Source of the DNA: Candidatus Zixiibacteriota bacterium
Lineage (GTDB): Bacteria > Zixibacteria > MSB-5A5 > GN15 > FEB-12
Length of the DNA stretch: 21,879 nt
NCBI GenBank assembly: GCA_041742355.1
Contig: JBGSIV010000142.1
Location: 1 to 21,879 of the forward strand
Reading direction: 5' to 3'
Positions 1 to 7,745 of this stretch are shown here, piece after piece. The position numbers were made by a program, and so were the translations under genes. Numbering within the stretch: the first letter of the stretch is position 1; each line of letters starts with the position of its first letter. The notes under the pieces are model-generated. The model saw nothing but the letters and a program-made list of their open reading frames with translations, was not told the origin of the DNA and made no database searches.

Positions 1-148
1 CGCCGCCGGCAAGCGCCAGCACCACCCGGTGGTTGGGACGGTCCACGGCTGGGTCGAGGCCATCCAGCCCGCCAACGACGATCCGGTCTTCGGCGGCCGC
101 GGCCGCAGCCACCAGGAGGCACAGCAGGAAGGAGAAGGGAGTTTTCAC
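1..148 (-). CDS. Patatin-like phospholipase, secreted (N-terminal fragment; gene runs off the left edge)
   Basis: Not in the ORF track. Manual translation from GTG at 148 gives MKTPFSFLLCLLVAAAAAAEDRIVVGGLDGLDPAVDRPNHRVVLALAGG(G): a Sec-type signal peptide followed by the start of the patatin glycine-rich LxLxGGG motif. Confidence 0.7.
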   Translation of the reverse strand, partial: MKTPFSFLLCLLVAAAAAAEDRIVVGGLDGLDPAVDRPNHRVVLALAGG

Positions 149-212
149 TTGCAAAGCCCGATCGGCAGTCAAATCTTTACCAACAACGGCCTGTATCGCC
201 GATAATGTAACT

Positions 213-1001
213 ATGTCATTGACCAAAGCGGAATCAAAAAATCTGCAGGCGCTGCTGGAGAAGAAGGGCCGGCGCGCGCAGGGACGGTTTCTGGCCGAAG
301 GCGTGCGCCTTCTGGAAGAAGCAGTCCGGTTTTCTTTTGCCCCCGCTATAGTATACTATTCGCCGGCCCTGATCGGCGAACGCGGGCAGCGCGTAATTGA
401 GCAGTTCCGCCTTCAGCGCGTCACCTGCGAGGAACTTGCCGCCCGGCAGATCGAGCAGTTGACCGACACCAAAACCCCGCAGGGCATCGTGGGTGTCTTC
501 AATATCCCCGCCGCCGACCTGGCACAACTTTACACGCGGCACAACCGTACTATACTGGTGTGCGACAACGTTTCCGACCCGGGTAACCTCGGCACGCTCC
601 TGCGCTCGGCCCTCGCTTTCGACTTCCGGCTGGTCATCCTGCTGGGTTCGACGGCCGAACCGTGGAACCCGAAGGTGGTCCGGGCATCGGTCGGCGCGGT
701 GTTCGGCCTGAGTATCGCCGTCGCCGACTACGATGAGTGGGAAACGCTGCTGACTCGCGAAAAGGTTGCTTTGGTGGCGTCGACAGTCTCCGACAGCGGA
801 ACACTGGCCGAAGTTGTCACCCCGGAGCACCTGCGGCGCTTCGCGCTGGCGGTCGGTTCCGAAGCCGAAGGACTCTCGCCACGGCTGCAGACCATGGCCG
901 CCGCCCGCGTCCGGATCAGCCACTCGCCCAACGTTGAGTCCCTCAACGCGGCCGTGGCCGGCTCGATTCTGATGAAAGGAATATATGACCTGCTGGGCTG
1001 A
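213..1001 (+). CDS. TrmH/SpoU-family RNA 2'-O-ribose methyltransferase
   Basis: F-x-A-E-G-x-R substrate-binding region, DPGNLGTLLRSA, VVRASVGA, GSEAEGL and VESLNAAVAGSI SPOUT motifs. ATG at 213 preferred over the track start at 33. Confidence 0.92.
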   Translation: MSLTKAESKNLQALLEKKGRRAQGRFLAEGVRLLEEAVRFSFAPAIVYYSPALIGERGQRVIEQFRLQRVTCEELAARQIEQLTDTKTPQGIVGVFNIPAADLAQLYTRHNRTILVCDNVSDPGNLGTLLRSALAFDFRLVILLGSTAEPWNPKVVRASVGAVFGLSIAVADYDEWETLLTREKVALVASTVSDSGTLAEVVTPEHLRRFALAVGSEAEGLSPRLQTMAAARVRISHSPNVESLNAAVAGSILMKGIYDLLG

Positions 1002-2073
1002 TTCTCCCCGCCGCTTCTTCATCCGGGCAACGGTGTTCGCGGTACTTCTGGCGCTGGCGCTGGTCGTCAATCCGGCCGCCCAGGAGGTCTTCGAGCAGGA
1101 GGAGGGCATCTACGCCGCCCGGGAACTGCGGGCCTCCGCACCGATCAAGAGCGGCGAACGGCTCCTCATACGCGCCGCGGCCACCCTCGTCGGTCAGATA
1201 ACCATCACGACCACGGCCACCGATCAAGCGACCGTCATCTACACCAAACGGGCGGAAACCGGCTCCCGCTCCCGTGCGGTCGACTACATCGACCTGATCG
1301 CAGTCGACATCAGCCGCGTTCCCGAGGGGGCCCGCCTGCAGCTGCGCGCCCCCAATCCCGCCCCCTGGAGCGGCAACGAGTCGGGCAGTGTTGAAGCCGA
1401 AGTGCAGGTGCCCGAGGGTATCCTGGTCGACATTGAAGCGCTGTACTTCGACATCATCGCCGACGGCCCCTTCAGCGGCATGCTCATTCCGTCGTCGCTC
1501 GGCCGGTTGGAAATCGCCGGGGTGGAGGGTCGGGTCGAACTGGCGACCGCCAACCGCAAGGTAGCCCTCAGGGACATTACCGGCGAAATCTCGGTCCAGA
1601 CGAGCAACTCGAGCCTCACCGCGTCCAATATCCGGAGTCCCGGGGGACAGGCGGTCTTCCGCAACGACGGTGGGGAAATCCGCATCGACGGTTTCGCCGG
1701 CGAAATCAGCGCCCGCAACGACTTCGGCCGCATTGAAATCACCGATTTCACGCCGTCCGGCCGCCGCAACGTCATCCGCGGCCAGTCGGCGCCGATTGTC
1801 CTCGAACTCACCGAACTCGGCTCAAGCCAGCTCGTCGTCAGCAATCGCCTCGAGGATATCGAGATTACCGTGCCGTCCGCCATGTCCGGGGTTCTGACCC
1901 TGGCCGTCGATGAAGGTGGACGGATTGAAGTCAGCTCGCTGAAGTTCCAGACGGACCTGGTCCAGCGAGACCGCCTCGGAATCGTCGTCGGCGACGGCGA
2001 CGGTTTCATCAGCGGATCCATCAGCGGCCGCGGCAACATTTACATCCGCGGCCACGATCAGGGAGAAGACTGA
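985..2073 (+). CDS. Exported DUF4097 (toastrack)-like beta-strand-repeat protein
   Basis: Hydrophobic signal peptide ending PAA-Q; repeated short strands of the type G.V.....G.I.I; overlaps the upstream gene by 17 nt and the downstream gene by TGATG. Exact start uncertain. Confidence 0.7.
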   Translation: MTCWADSPRRFFIRATVFAVLLALALVVNPAAQEVFEQEEGIYAARELRASAPIKSGERLLIRAAATLVGQITITTTATDQATVIYTKRAETGSRSRAVDYIDLIAVDISRVPEGARLQLRAPNPAPWSGNESGSVEAEVQVPEGILVDIEALYFDIIADGPFSGMLIPSSLGRLEIAGVEGRVELATANRKVALRDITGEISVQTSNSSLTASNIRSPGGQAVFRNDGGEIRIDGFAGEISARNDFGRIEITDFTPSGRRNVIRGQSAPIVLELTELGSSQLVVSNRLEDIEITVPSAMSGVLTLAVDEGGRIEVSSLKFQTDLVQRDRLGIVVGDGDGFISGSISGRGNIYIRGHDQGED

Positions 2074-4490
2074 TGCTTAACCGTTCACGACCGCTGCTGC
2101 TGTCCCTCGCTCTCTCGCTCGTTCCCGCACTTGCCGGGGCCCAGAATGTCCCGATTCCGGAAGAGGTGTTCCGGTATGTCCCGGCCGCGACCGTTTTCGG
2201 CCCTGAAGCGACCTGGGTGAACCCATCGGCGCTCGGGCGATTCAAGCCCTCGGCGCTGGAAGTCATGGCCGACCTCGAGAACGGCTCCTTTGCCCGGAAC
2301 TGGGGCGCGGTGACGACCAATGCCGGGATCGGGCTGGGACTGCGATCGATTCACGTGCCGAACGGCGACGACCTCCGCGAGTACATCATTGCCGGCGGCA
2401 TTCCCCTCGGCGAGATGATTTCCATCGGCGGCTCGTACCGGCACTTCCCCAAGGGTCCGGACCCTTACAATGAACGCCACTACTGGAACCTGTCCCTCAC
2501 CAACCGGGGGACCGGCCCGTTGGCGTTCGCCGGTGTCTGGTCGAACCTGAACCGCAGCGAGGACGACGGCGAAAAGACCGACATTCAGCAGCGCTACTCG
2601 ATCGCCTACCGTCCGCAGGGGAATGTCCTCACGCTCGCGGTCGATGCCCTGTCCGCCACCGTCCGCGATCCCGACGACTGGACCTATGTCTACCATGCCG
2701 AGCTCACTCCCATGAAGGGGATCTTCGTCGAAGGGTTCCTTGACTCGGAGTCGAACTTCGAAATCGGCCTGCGGGTCAACCTGCTGAACTACTTCGTCGG
2801 ATCGCAGAGCCATTTCGACGATGGCGCGGACCACCGGCTCACCCACTTCTACGTCGGCCGCACGGCGGCCCGGCAGGAGTCGCTACTCAAGGAGAGAGGG
2901 AAGCGCGTGCAGATCGGCATGACCGGCCGGCCGGCGGAAAATCCGGTCCAGCCGGTGTTCGGCCGGGGCCGCCTCTCGTATGCCGATCTGATTCTCGGCC
3001 TGTACCGGGCCGCCGAGGATCCGACGATCGCCGAGATGATCCTCACCCTCGACAACGTACGCCTCAGCCTCGCCCAGGCCCAGGAGCTGCGCGACGCCAT
3101 GCAGCTCTTCCGCAGCCAAAACAAGACAATCGTCTGCCACGTCGCCAATCCAACCAATATCAGCTACTACCTCGCTACCGCCGCCGATTCGATTCTCATG
3201 CCGCCGGTCAGTCAGCTTGAGTTGATCGGCCTGCGGGCCGAGCTGACCTTCTACGCCGGTACCATGGACAAGCTCGGGATCGAAGCCGACATGATGCGCA
3301 TCGGCGAGTACAAAACCGCCGCCGAAGCCTTCACCCGGGAGTCGGCCTCCGAAGAAAACCGGGCGATGACCAACCGGCTGCTTGACGATCTCTACGAGCA
3401 GTTCGTCGACGGCATTGCGGAAGGCCGCGGGATATCGACGGACTCCGTGCGGGCGATCATCAACCGCGGGCCCTTCACCTCGGAAGAAGCGCTCGCGCTC
3501 GGGCTGGTCGATGGTCTGTCCTACCGGGATCGGATGGTCGACGATAAGTTCCTTCGCCGCATGCCCGAGATAAGCTTCAGCCGCTACCGCGCCGATACGC
3601 TGCTCAACGACGGCTGGCCGCGCCTCCCCGAGATCGCGGTCGTGGTCGCGGAGGGAGAAATCGCCGGTGCCCCGATCGATCGGGATCCTTGGGATCAGGA
3701 CGAGGACGCTGTCACGCCGGGGCTGATGAAACGGGCGTTCCAGTCGGTCAAAATGAATCCCCGGGCGCGGGGCGTTGTCTTTCGGGTCGATTCCCCCGGT
3801 GGCTGGGCGCTGGCCGGCGAGGAGATCTTTCATGAGGCTCGGCAGGTCAGCCAGCGTTTGCCGATGGTTGTATCGATGAGCGGCCTGGCCGCTTCGGGCG
3901 GATACTACATCTCGATGGCCGCCAAACGGCTCTTCGCCGATCCAGCCACCATAACCGGCTCGATCGGCATCTACGGCGGCAAGCCGGTCCTGGCCGGCCT
4001 GTACGAGAAGATCAACCTCGGCAAGGAGCTGTACACCCGCGGCGATCACGCCGGGATGATGACCTGGACGAGGCCCTTTACGGATGATGAGCGGGAACGG
4101 TACTTCGATCAGCTGCGGGCGTTCTACAACCACTTCATTTCGCTCGTCGGCGAGAACCGCGGCCTCGAGACCGACAGCGTCGACAACATCGGGCGGGGAA
4201 GAGTCTGGACCGGTCGCGAAGCGCTGGCCAACGGCCTGGTCGACTCGCTCGGCGGCCTGCGGGAGGCAATAACGTACACGGCTGAAGCGGCCGGCCTCGA
4301 TGACTACCGGGTGGTGCGGTACCCGCAGCGGACCGTGCTGTTTCGGATGCCGAGGATTCCGCTGCTGGGCTCATTCAACCGCTGGCTCGGCCTGAGCGAC
4401 GCCACATCTTCGCCTGTCCCCGGCATCATCGAGCATCTCCCCGAGAGCGACCTGCTCGCCCGTCTCCCCTACGACATCGACATCCGCTAA
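2073..4490 (+). CDS. sppA: Signal peptide peptidase SppA (tandem S49 domains) with an extra ~260-aa N-terminal beta-rich domain
   Basis: GEYKTAAE (catalytic Lys motif), RVDSPGG, SMSGLAASGGYY (catalytic Ser), TITGSIGI, GRVWTG..A...GLVD..GGL; signal peptide; N-terminal domain with WVNPSAL motif. Confidence 0.92.
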   Translation: MLNRSRPLLLSLALSLVPALAGAQNVPIPEEVFRYVPAATVFGPEATWVNPSALGRFKPSALEVMADLENGSFARNWGAVTTNAGIGLGLRSIHVPNGDDLREYIIAGGIPLGEMISIGGSYRHFPKGPDPYNERHYWNLSLTNRGTGPLAFAGVWSNLNRSEDDGEKTDIQQRYSIAYRPQGNVLTLAVDALSATVRDPDDWTYVYHAELTPMKGIFVEGFLDSESNFEIGLRVNLLNYFVGSQSHFDDGADHRLTHFYVGRTAARQESLLKERGKRVQIGMTGRPAENPVQPVFGRGRLSYADLILGLYRAAEDPTIAEMILTLDNVRLSLAQAQELRDAMQLFRSQNKTIVCHVANPTNISYYLATAADSILMPPVSQLELIGLRAELTFYAGTMDKLGIEADMMRIGEYKTAAEAFTRESASEENRAMTNRLLDDLYEQFVDGIAEGRGISTDSVRAIINRGPFTSEEALALGLVDGLSYRDRMVDDKFLRRMPEISFSRYRADTLLNDGWPRLPEIAVVVAEGEIAGAPIDRDPWDQDEDAVTPGLMKRAFQSVKMNPRARGVVFRVDSPGGWALAGEEIFHEARQVSQRLPMVVSMSGLAASGGYYISMAAKRLFADPATITGSIGIYGGKPVLAGLYEKINLGKELYTRGDHAGMMTWTRPFTDDERERYFDQLRAFYNHFISLVGENRGLETDSVDNIGRGRVWTGREALANGLVDSLGGLREAITYTAEAAGLDDYRVVRYPQRTVLFRMPRIPLLGSFNRWLGLSDATSSPVPGIIEHLPESDLLARLPYDIDIR

Positions 4491-4501
4491 TCCGACTAGG
4501 C

Positions 4502-4531
4502 AAGAAAAAACCCGCCCGGAGGCGGGTTCTT
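4502..4531. terminator. Intrinsic terminator between convergent sppA and pilX-like genes, likely bidirectional
   Basis: Stem AACCCGCC (4509-4516), loop CGGA, GGCGGGTT (4521-4528); A-tract on the left gives a U-tail on the minus strand, TTCTT on the right. Confidence 0.85.
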
Positions 4532-4546
4532 CCCGAATTCGCGCCG

Positions 4547-6205
4547 TCACTCGAAGTCTGAGCGCGCGTAGCCAACGTGTTCCTGCTTCCAGCCTGTCCG
4601 CTGAAACACCCGGACCATCGGTGTCTCGGGCGGCAGGTTGTGCGGATCGTCAAGATCCGTATCGTACGCCCAGGCCCTGGCCGGAGGTGTATAGTAAGTG
4701 CCGTTCCAGCTGCCGGTCGCCTGGCGCGAGGCCCACAGGTTGACCGCTGAGCCGCTCCACGTCATCGTGCGTCCGCTCCAGTCTTCGAGAAACCGCGGCA
4801 GGTTTTCAAATCCGCCGCTGTACACCGTGGAGGTCGTTGGCACGTTTCCCGTGAGGTACGAGCAGTTCACCGTCGTGTTGACCGCCATGCGGTCGGTCTT
4901 GCCCTGGGTGCTCAGCGCGTCGTTCCACGAGCTGGACAGAAAGGTTATGGCGTCCGCCATGAGTGCCGCCGGCTTCTTATCCGTGGAGTTGTAGTTCCCG
5001 ATCGTATACATCGGGTTCTCGCTCGCAATGCTCAAGCCCGCATCCAGTTCGGCGGCGTTCGTCAACCGGAGCGCCGGGTTGTCCTGGGTCTCATCGGAGA
5101 AGTAGATCACGCCGTTCGAGGGCGCGTAACCCTCATCGTATACCTTGCCGATGTTCAGTTCGACTGCGTCGACCCACTTCTGGTCGCGCTGATCGTAGAA
5201 CTTGTCCGTCGTCAGCGTCATCGCGCCGTCGGCAATCATCGCGGCGGTGACCTCCGTCCACACGCCGCCGACCTTCTGGTATGCCCGGCGGTCGATGATC
5301 CGCAACGTCGCCTTGTGCTCGTAGGAATCGGGGTTGTCGTCGCCGCGTTCGATCAACTTGTGCGGATCCCCGCCCGCTTCCTTTGACAGGGGCAAATTGA
5401 GTGACTGCTGCCCGTGAGCGGCGTCCTGCACGCGCCCCTGCCAGCGCGCCACGGATGAGTCATACCAGTAGGAGTCTGCCGCATCGAGCCAGTCACTCCC
5501 CATCTTCATCGAGACATAGTTCCCTTGGGCGTTCTTCACCTGCACGTCGCCGGAGCCGGCAGATCCCGGTCCCTTGCGCCCGTGGAAAAGATCGCCCGAC
5601 GCGGTCACGTAGCTGTCCATGCGCAGCGTACTGTTTGCCTGCAGGTACAGGTTGCCGTTTGAGTGCACCCGGCCGATCAGCCGCATCTCGGCGCCCGGAG
5701 CGATCTCCAGGTCGTTCCCGTAGAACACCGCGAACTGGAACAGCGGCACCAGCGCCGCTTCGAACGACTGCGACAGCTGGACATTGGCGCGGTCCGCGGC
5801 GTTGGTCGCCGCCGATGTGATCGTGAACGACTTGACCAGCGCATGCAACCCTGCCAGCGTTCCGCTGGTCAGAATACGCTGGGACGGCACGCCGTCATCC
5901 ACCGTGTTGAATGTCACCAGGCAGCTGTTCAGCGAGGCTGACCCTTGGGGAAGGACCAGCGGGGGTAATCCGGAGCTGTCGTACTCCGCCTGCATCGCCG
6001 CCGCCGCCACTTCCAGGCCGGCCTCAGCCGCATAGAACGCCCGCGTCTCGTGCAGCTCGTTGCTCGCCAGCGTCATCTCGTCCTCGGTGTTCGTCAGGGC
6101 CGCAAACCCGAGCAACGTCAGCATCGCCACCATGATGATGGCGATGAACGACGCGTAGCCGCGTTCGTTCAGCCCCGGCGATCGTCGACAATCCATTCTG
6201 CTCAT
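4547..6205 (-). CDS. PilX-like minor pilin with a large C-terminal domain
   Basis: Prepilin-like ERG|YASFIAIIMVAMLTLLG without Glu5 (as in PilX/GspK); AFYAAEAGLE PilX_N motif; C-terminal YSGGFENLPRFLEDW; SD GAGGAG upstream. Confidence 0.85.
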   Translation of the reverse strand: MSRMDCRRSPGLNERGYASFIAIIMVAMLTLLGFAALTNTEDEMTLASNELHETRAFYAAEAGLEVAAAAMQAEYDSSGLPPLVLPQGSASLNSCLVTFNTVDDGVPSQRILTSGTLAGLHALVKSFTITSAATNAADRANVQLSQSFEAALVPLFQFAVFYGNDLEIAPGAEMRLIGRVHSNGNLYLQANSTLRMDSYVTASGDLFHGRKGPGSAGSGDVQVKNAQGNYVSMKMGSDWLDAADSYWYDSSVARWQGRVQDAAHGQQSLNLPLSKEAGGDPHKLIERGDDNPDSYEHKATLRIIDRRAYQKVGGVWTEVTAAMIADGAMTLTTDKFYDQRDQKWVDAVELNIGKVYDEGYAPSNGVIYFSDETQDNPALRLTNAAELDAGLSIASENPMYTIGNYNSTDKKPAALMADAITFLSSSWNDALSTQGKTDRMAVNTTVNCSYLTGNVPTTSTVYSGGFENLPRFLEDWSGRTMTWSGSAVNLWASRQATGSWNGTYYTPPARAWAYDTDLDDPHNLPPETPMVRVFQRTGWKQEHVGYARSDFE

Positions 6206-6218
6206 ATTTCACCACTCC

Positions 6219-7058
6219 TCATATGCTGACGTTTCTCAGGAAGACCGAAGTCGTGAATGTCCGCCGGCGATAGGCATCACCGTGATTGCCGATCTCGGCA
6301 ATATTCGGATCTTCGTTGGCCGACCTCGCGGTCAGAGAGATAATGACCTCGCGGATGTCGTCCACGACCACCGGCGCATCCACAATCATGCCGTTCTTCA
6401 TCCGGTAGCGAAACTGCAGATCCTCGACATCCGTAGCGAACACCTGCGGCGCCAACCCCGGCACCTCCAACATCAGCGACGGGTGCTCGGGACTGGTCGT
6501 GGCGTCGACGTAGAACTTGACCTGGTTAACCGACATCACTATCGCGTCCTTGGCGTATGCCTTCGACAGCGTCATGGTATTGTGCTGCAGGTGATTCGAA
6601 CCGGCTTGGACATGCGTCAGGACAAACCATTCGCCGCCGCCGGAGTCCGGCTCGAATATGTACACCCACTGGCCGTCCTGGAAACAGGAGACATCGGACC
6701 CGCACTTCAACTCCGACGAGGGCAGGGGCATGGCCTCCGAAAGGAACGTCTCGCAATCGTCGACCCGGTACGTCACCACGATAGTGTCGGGATTGGCGTT
6801 GATGGCCCGAATCGGCGCCATTTCCAGCGGAAGTCCGTGCCCAGCCATCCGCACATGGCGTCCAAGTTCATCGATCGAGGCCCGGGCGTTCTGCTGGACA
6901 GCCGTCACGTCTTCCTGTATCAGGTAGTTCTTGTGCTGCGTCAGGTACACGTTGAAGAGAGCCGTCGTCACAATCGACATGATCACCAGCGTGATCAGGA
7001 TCTCCAGCAACGAAGTACCGCTGCAGCCGCGCAACTTACTCACGTATGTGATTTTCAT
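6219..7058 (-). CDS. PilW-like minor pilin (prepilin cleavage/methylation domain)
   Basis: G|TSLLEILITLVIMSIV; QQNARASIDELGRHVRMAG; C-terminal YRRRTFTTSVFLRN typical of PilW-like proteins. Confidence 0.85.
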   Translation of the reverse strand: MKITYVSKLRGCSGTSLLEILITLVIMSIVTTALFNVYLTQHKNYLIQEDVTAVQQNARASIDELGRHVRMAGHGLPLEMAPIRAINANPDTIVVTYRVDDCETFLSEAMPLPSSELKCGSDVSCFQDGQWVYIFEPDSGGGEWFVLTHVQAGSNHLQHNTMTLSKAYAKDAIVMSVNQVKFYVDATTSPEHPSLMLEVPGLAPQVFATDVEDLQFRYRMKNGMIVDAPVVVDDIREVIISLTARSANEDPNIAEIGNHGDAYRRRTFTTSVFLRNVSI

Positions 7059-7066
7059 GGCTGCCT

Positions 7067-7432
7067 CTACACCGCATCGGATTTAATGAGGGCCGTCATC
7101 TCATGTGTTCGCTCCTGGCCGTCAAGCTGCCGCCAGGCGGCGGTGATGCTGACTTGGCGCAGGTGCACCGCGACCGCCGTGACCGTCCACTCGATCCGGA
7201 CGTTTTCGACCGTGTCGACCCCGCTGCCGAAGTTTCCGGATCCGCGAATCTCTTCCAGTTTCTGCTGCATCAGCTGTGTCGCCACCGTCATGTTGTTCGA
7301 CCGGTGGTTGCCGTTGAGCGCGAACATGGCCATGCTCAAAAGCATGAGGAGAGAGACGCTCAGGATGAGCATCGTCACCAGGACCTCAAGCAGGGTCATA
7401 CCCGCCTGGTTTCGAAATCGTCGTCGTCTCAT
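7067..7432 (-). CDS. PilV-like minor pilin (prepilin cleavage/methylation domain)
   Basis: Basic leader MRRRRFRNQAG|MTLLEVLVTMLIL; ATQLMQQKLEEIR. ATG at 7432 preferred over the track start at 7498. Confidence 0.85.
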   Translation of the reverse strand: MRRRRFRNQAGMTLLEVLVTMLILSVSLLMLLSMAMFALNGNHRSNNMTVATQLMQQKLEEIRGSGNFGSGVDTVENVRIEWTVTAVAVHLRQVSITAAWRQLDGQERTHEMTALIKSDAV

Positions 7433-7587
7433 AGAGTCGTCCCCAGATGCGGTGAATTTTGGCTTACTTGTCTGTAAATGTCGTGCCGTCGGGGGCAAGA
7501 AGTCGATGTGTCCTGTCTCAGATCTGGACCTCGTTACCGTGCATGAGGTTTGGTGGGTGCATGGCCACTGCCGGGTGAGCCGCCACT

Positions 7588-7605
7588 ATGCAAATCGGCA
7601 GCCGG
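7588..7605 (-). promoter_or_regulatory. Putative sigma-54 (-24/-12) promoter for the minor-pilin cluster
   Basis: Minus strand reads CCGGCTGCCGATTTGCAT: GG-N10-GC with TTTGCA, ~155 nt upstream of the pilV-like start. The -24 half (CGGCTG) is only a partial match to TGGCAC. Confidence 0.45.
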
Positions 7606-7678
7606 GTGAGGGAGCGGGTGGGCAAATATGGGTTCTCTCCCGCTGTTTTAGCACCGAACCGGATCGGGCACAATCGAC

Positions 7679-7709
7679 TTGCGCCGGCGGTTGTAATCGT
7701 CTATACAAC
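7679..7709 (+). promoter_or_regulatory. Putative sigma-70 promoter overlapped by an inverted repeat (possible operator)
   Basis: TTGCGC (7679-7684), 17 nt, TATACA (7702-7707); inverted repeat GTTGTA-N8-TACAAC (7690-7709). Confidence 0.4.
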
Positions 7710-7745
7710 GATAGATCGCCGGATTTCACCGAAAGGAGACTCAGC

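Noticed and set aside
33..212. N-terminal extension of the TrmH ORF in the track
   Set aside because: Low-complexity translation overlapping the opposite-strand patatin start; family similarity begins at Met 213.
7433..7587. c-di-GMP riboswitch in the pilin leader
   Set aside because: Expected by context, but I could not find the conserved GEMM motifs on the coding strand.
6282..7745. 1037-aa ORF suggesting a large N-terminal fusion to the ThDP enzyme
   Set aside because: The extension is the antisense frame of the pilin genes; a strong SD and GTG at 7746 mark the real start.
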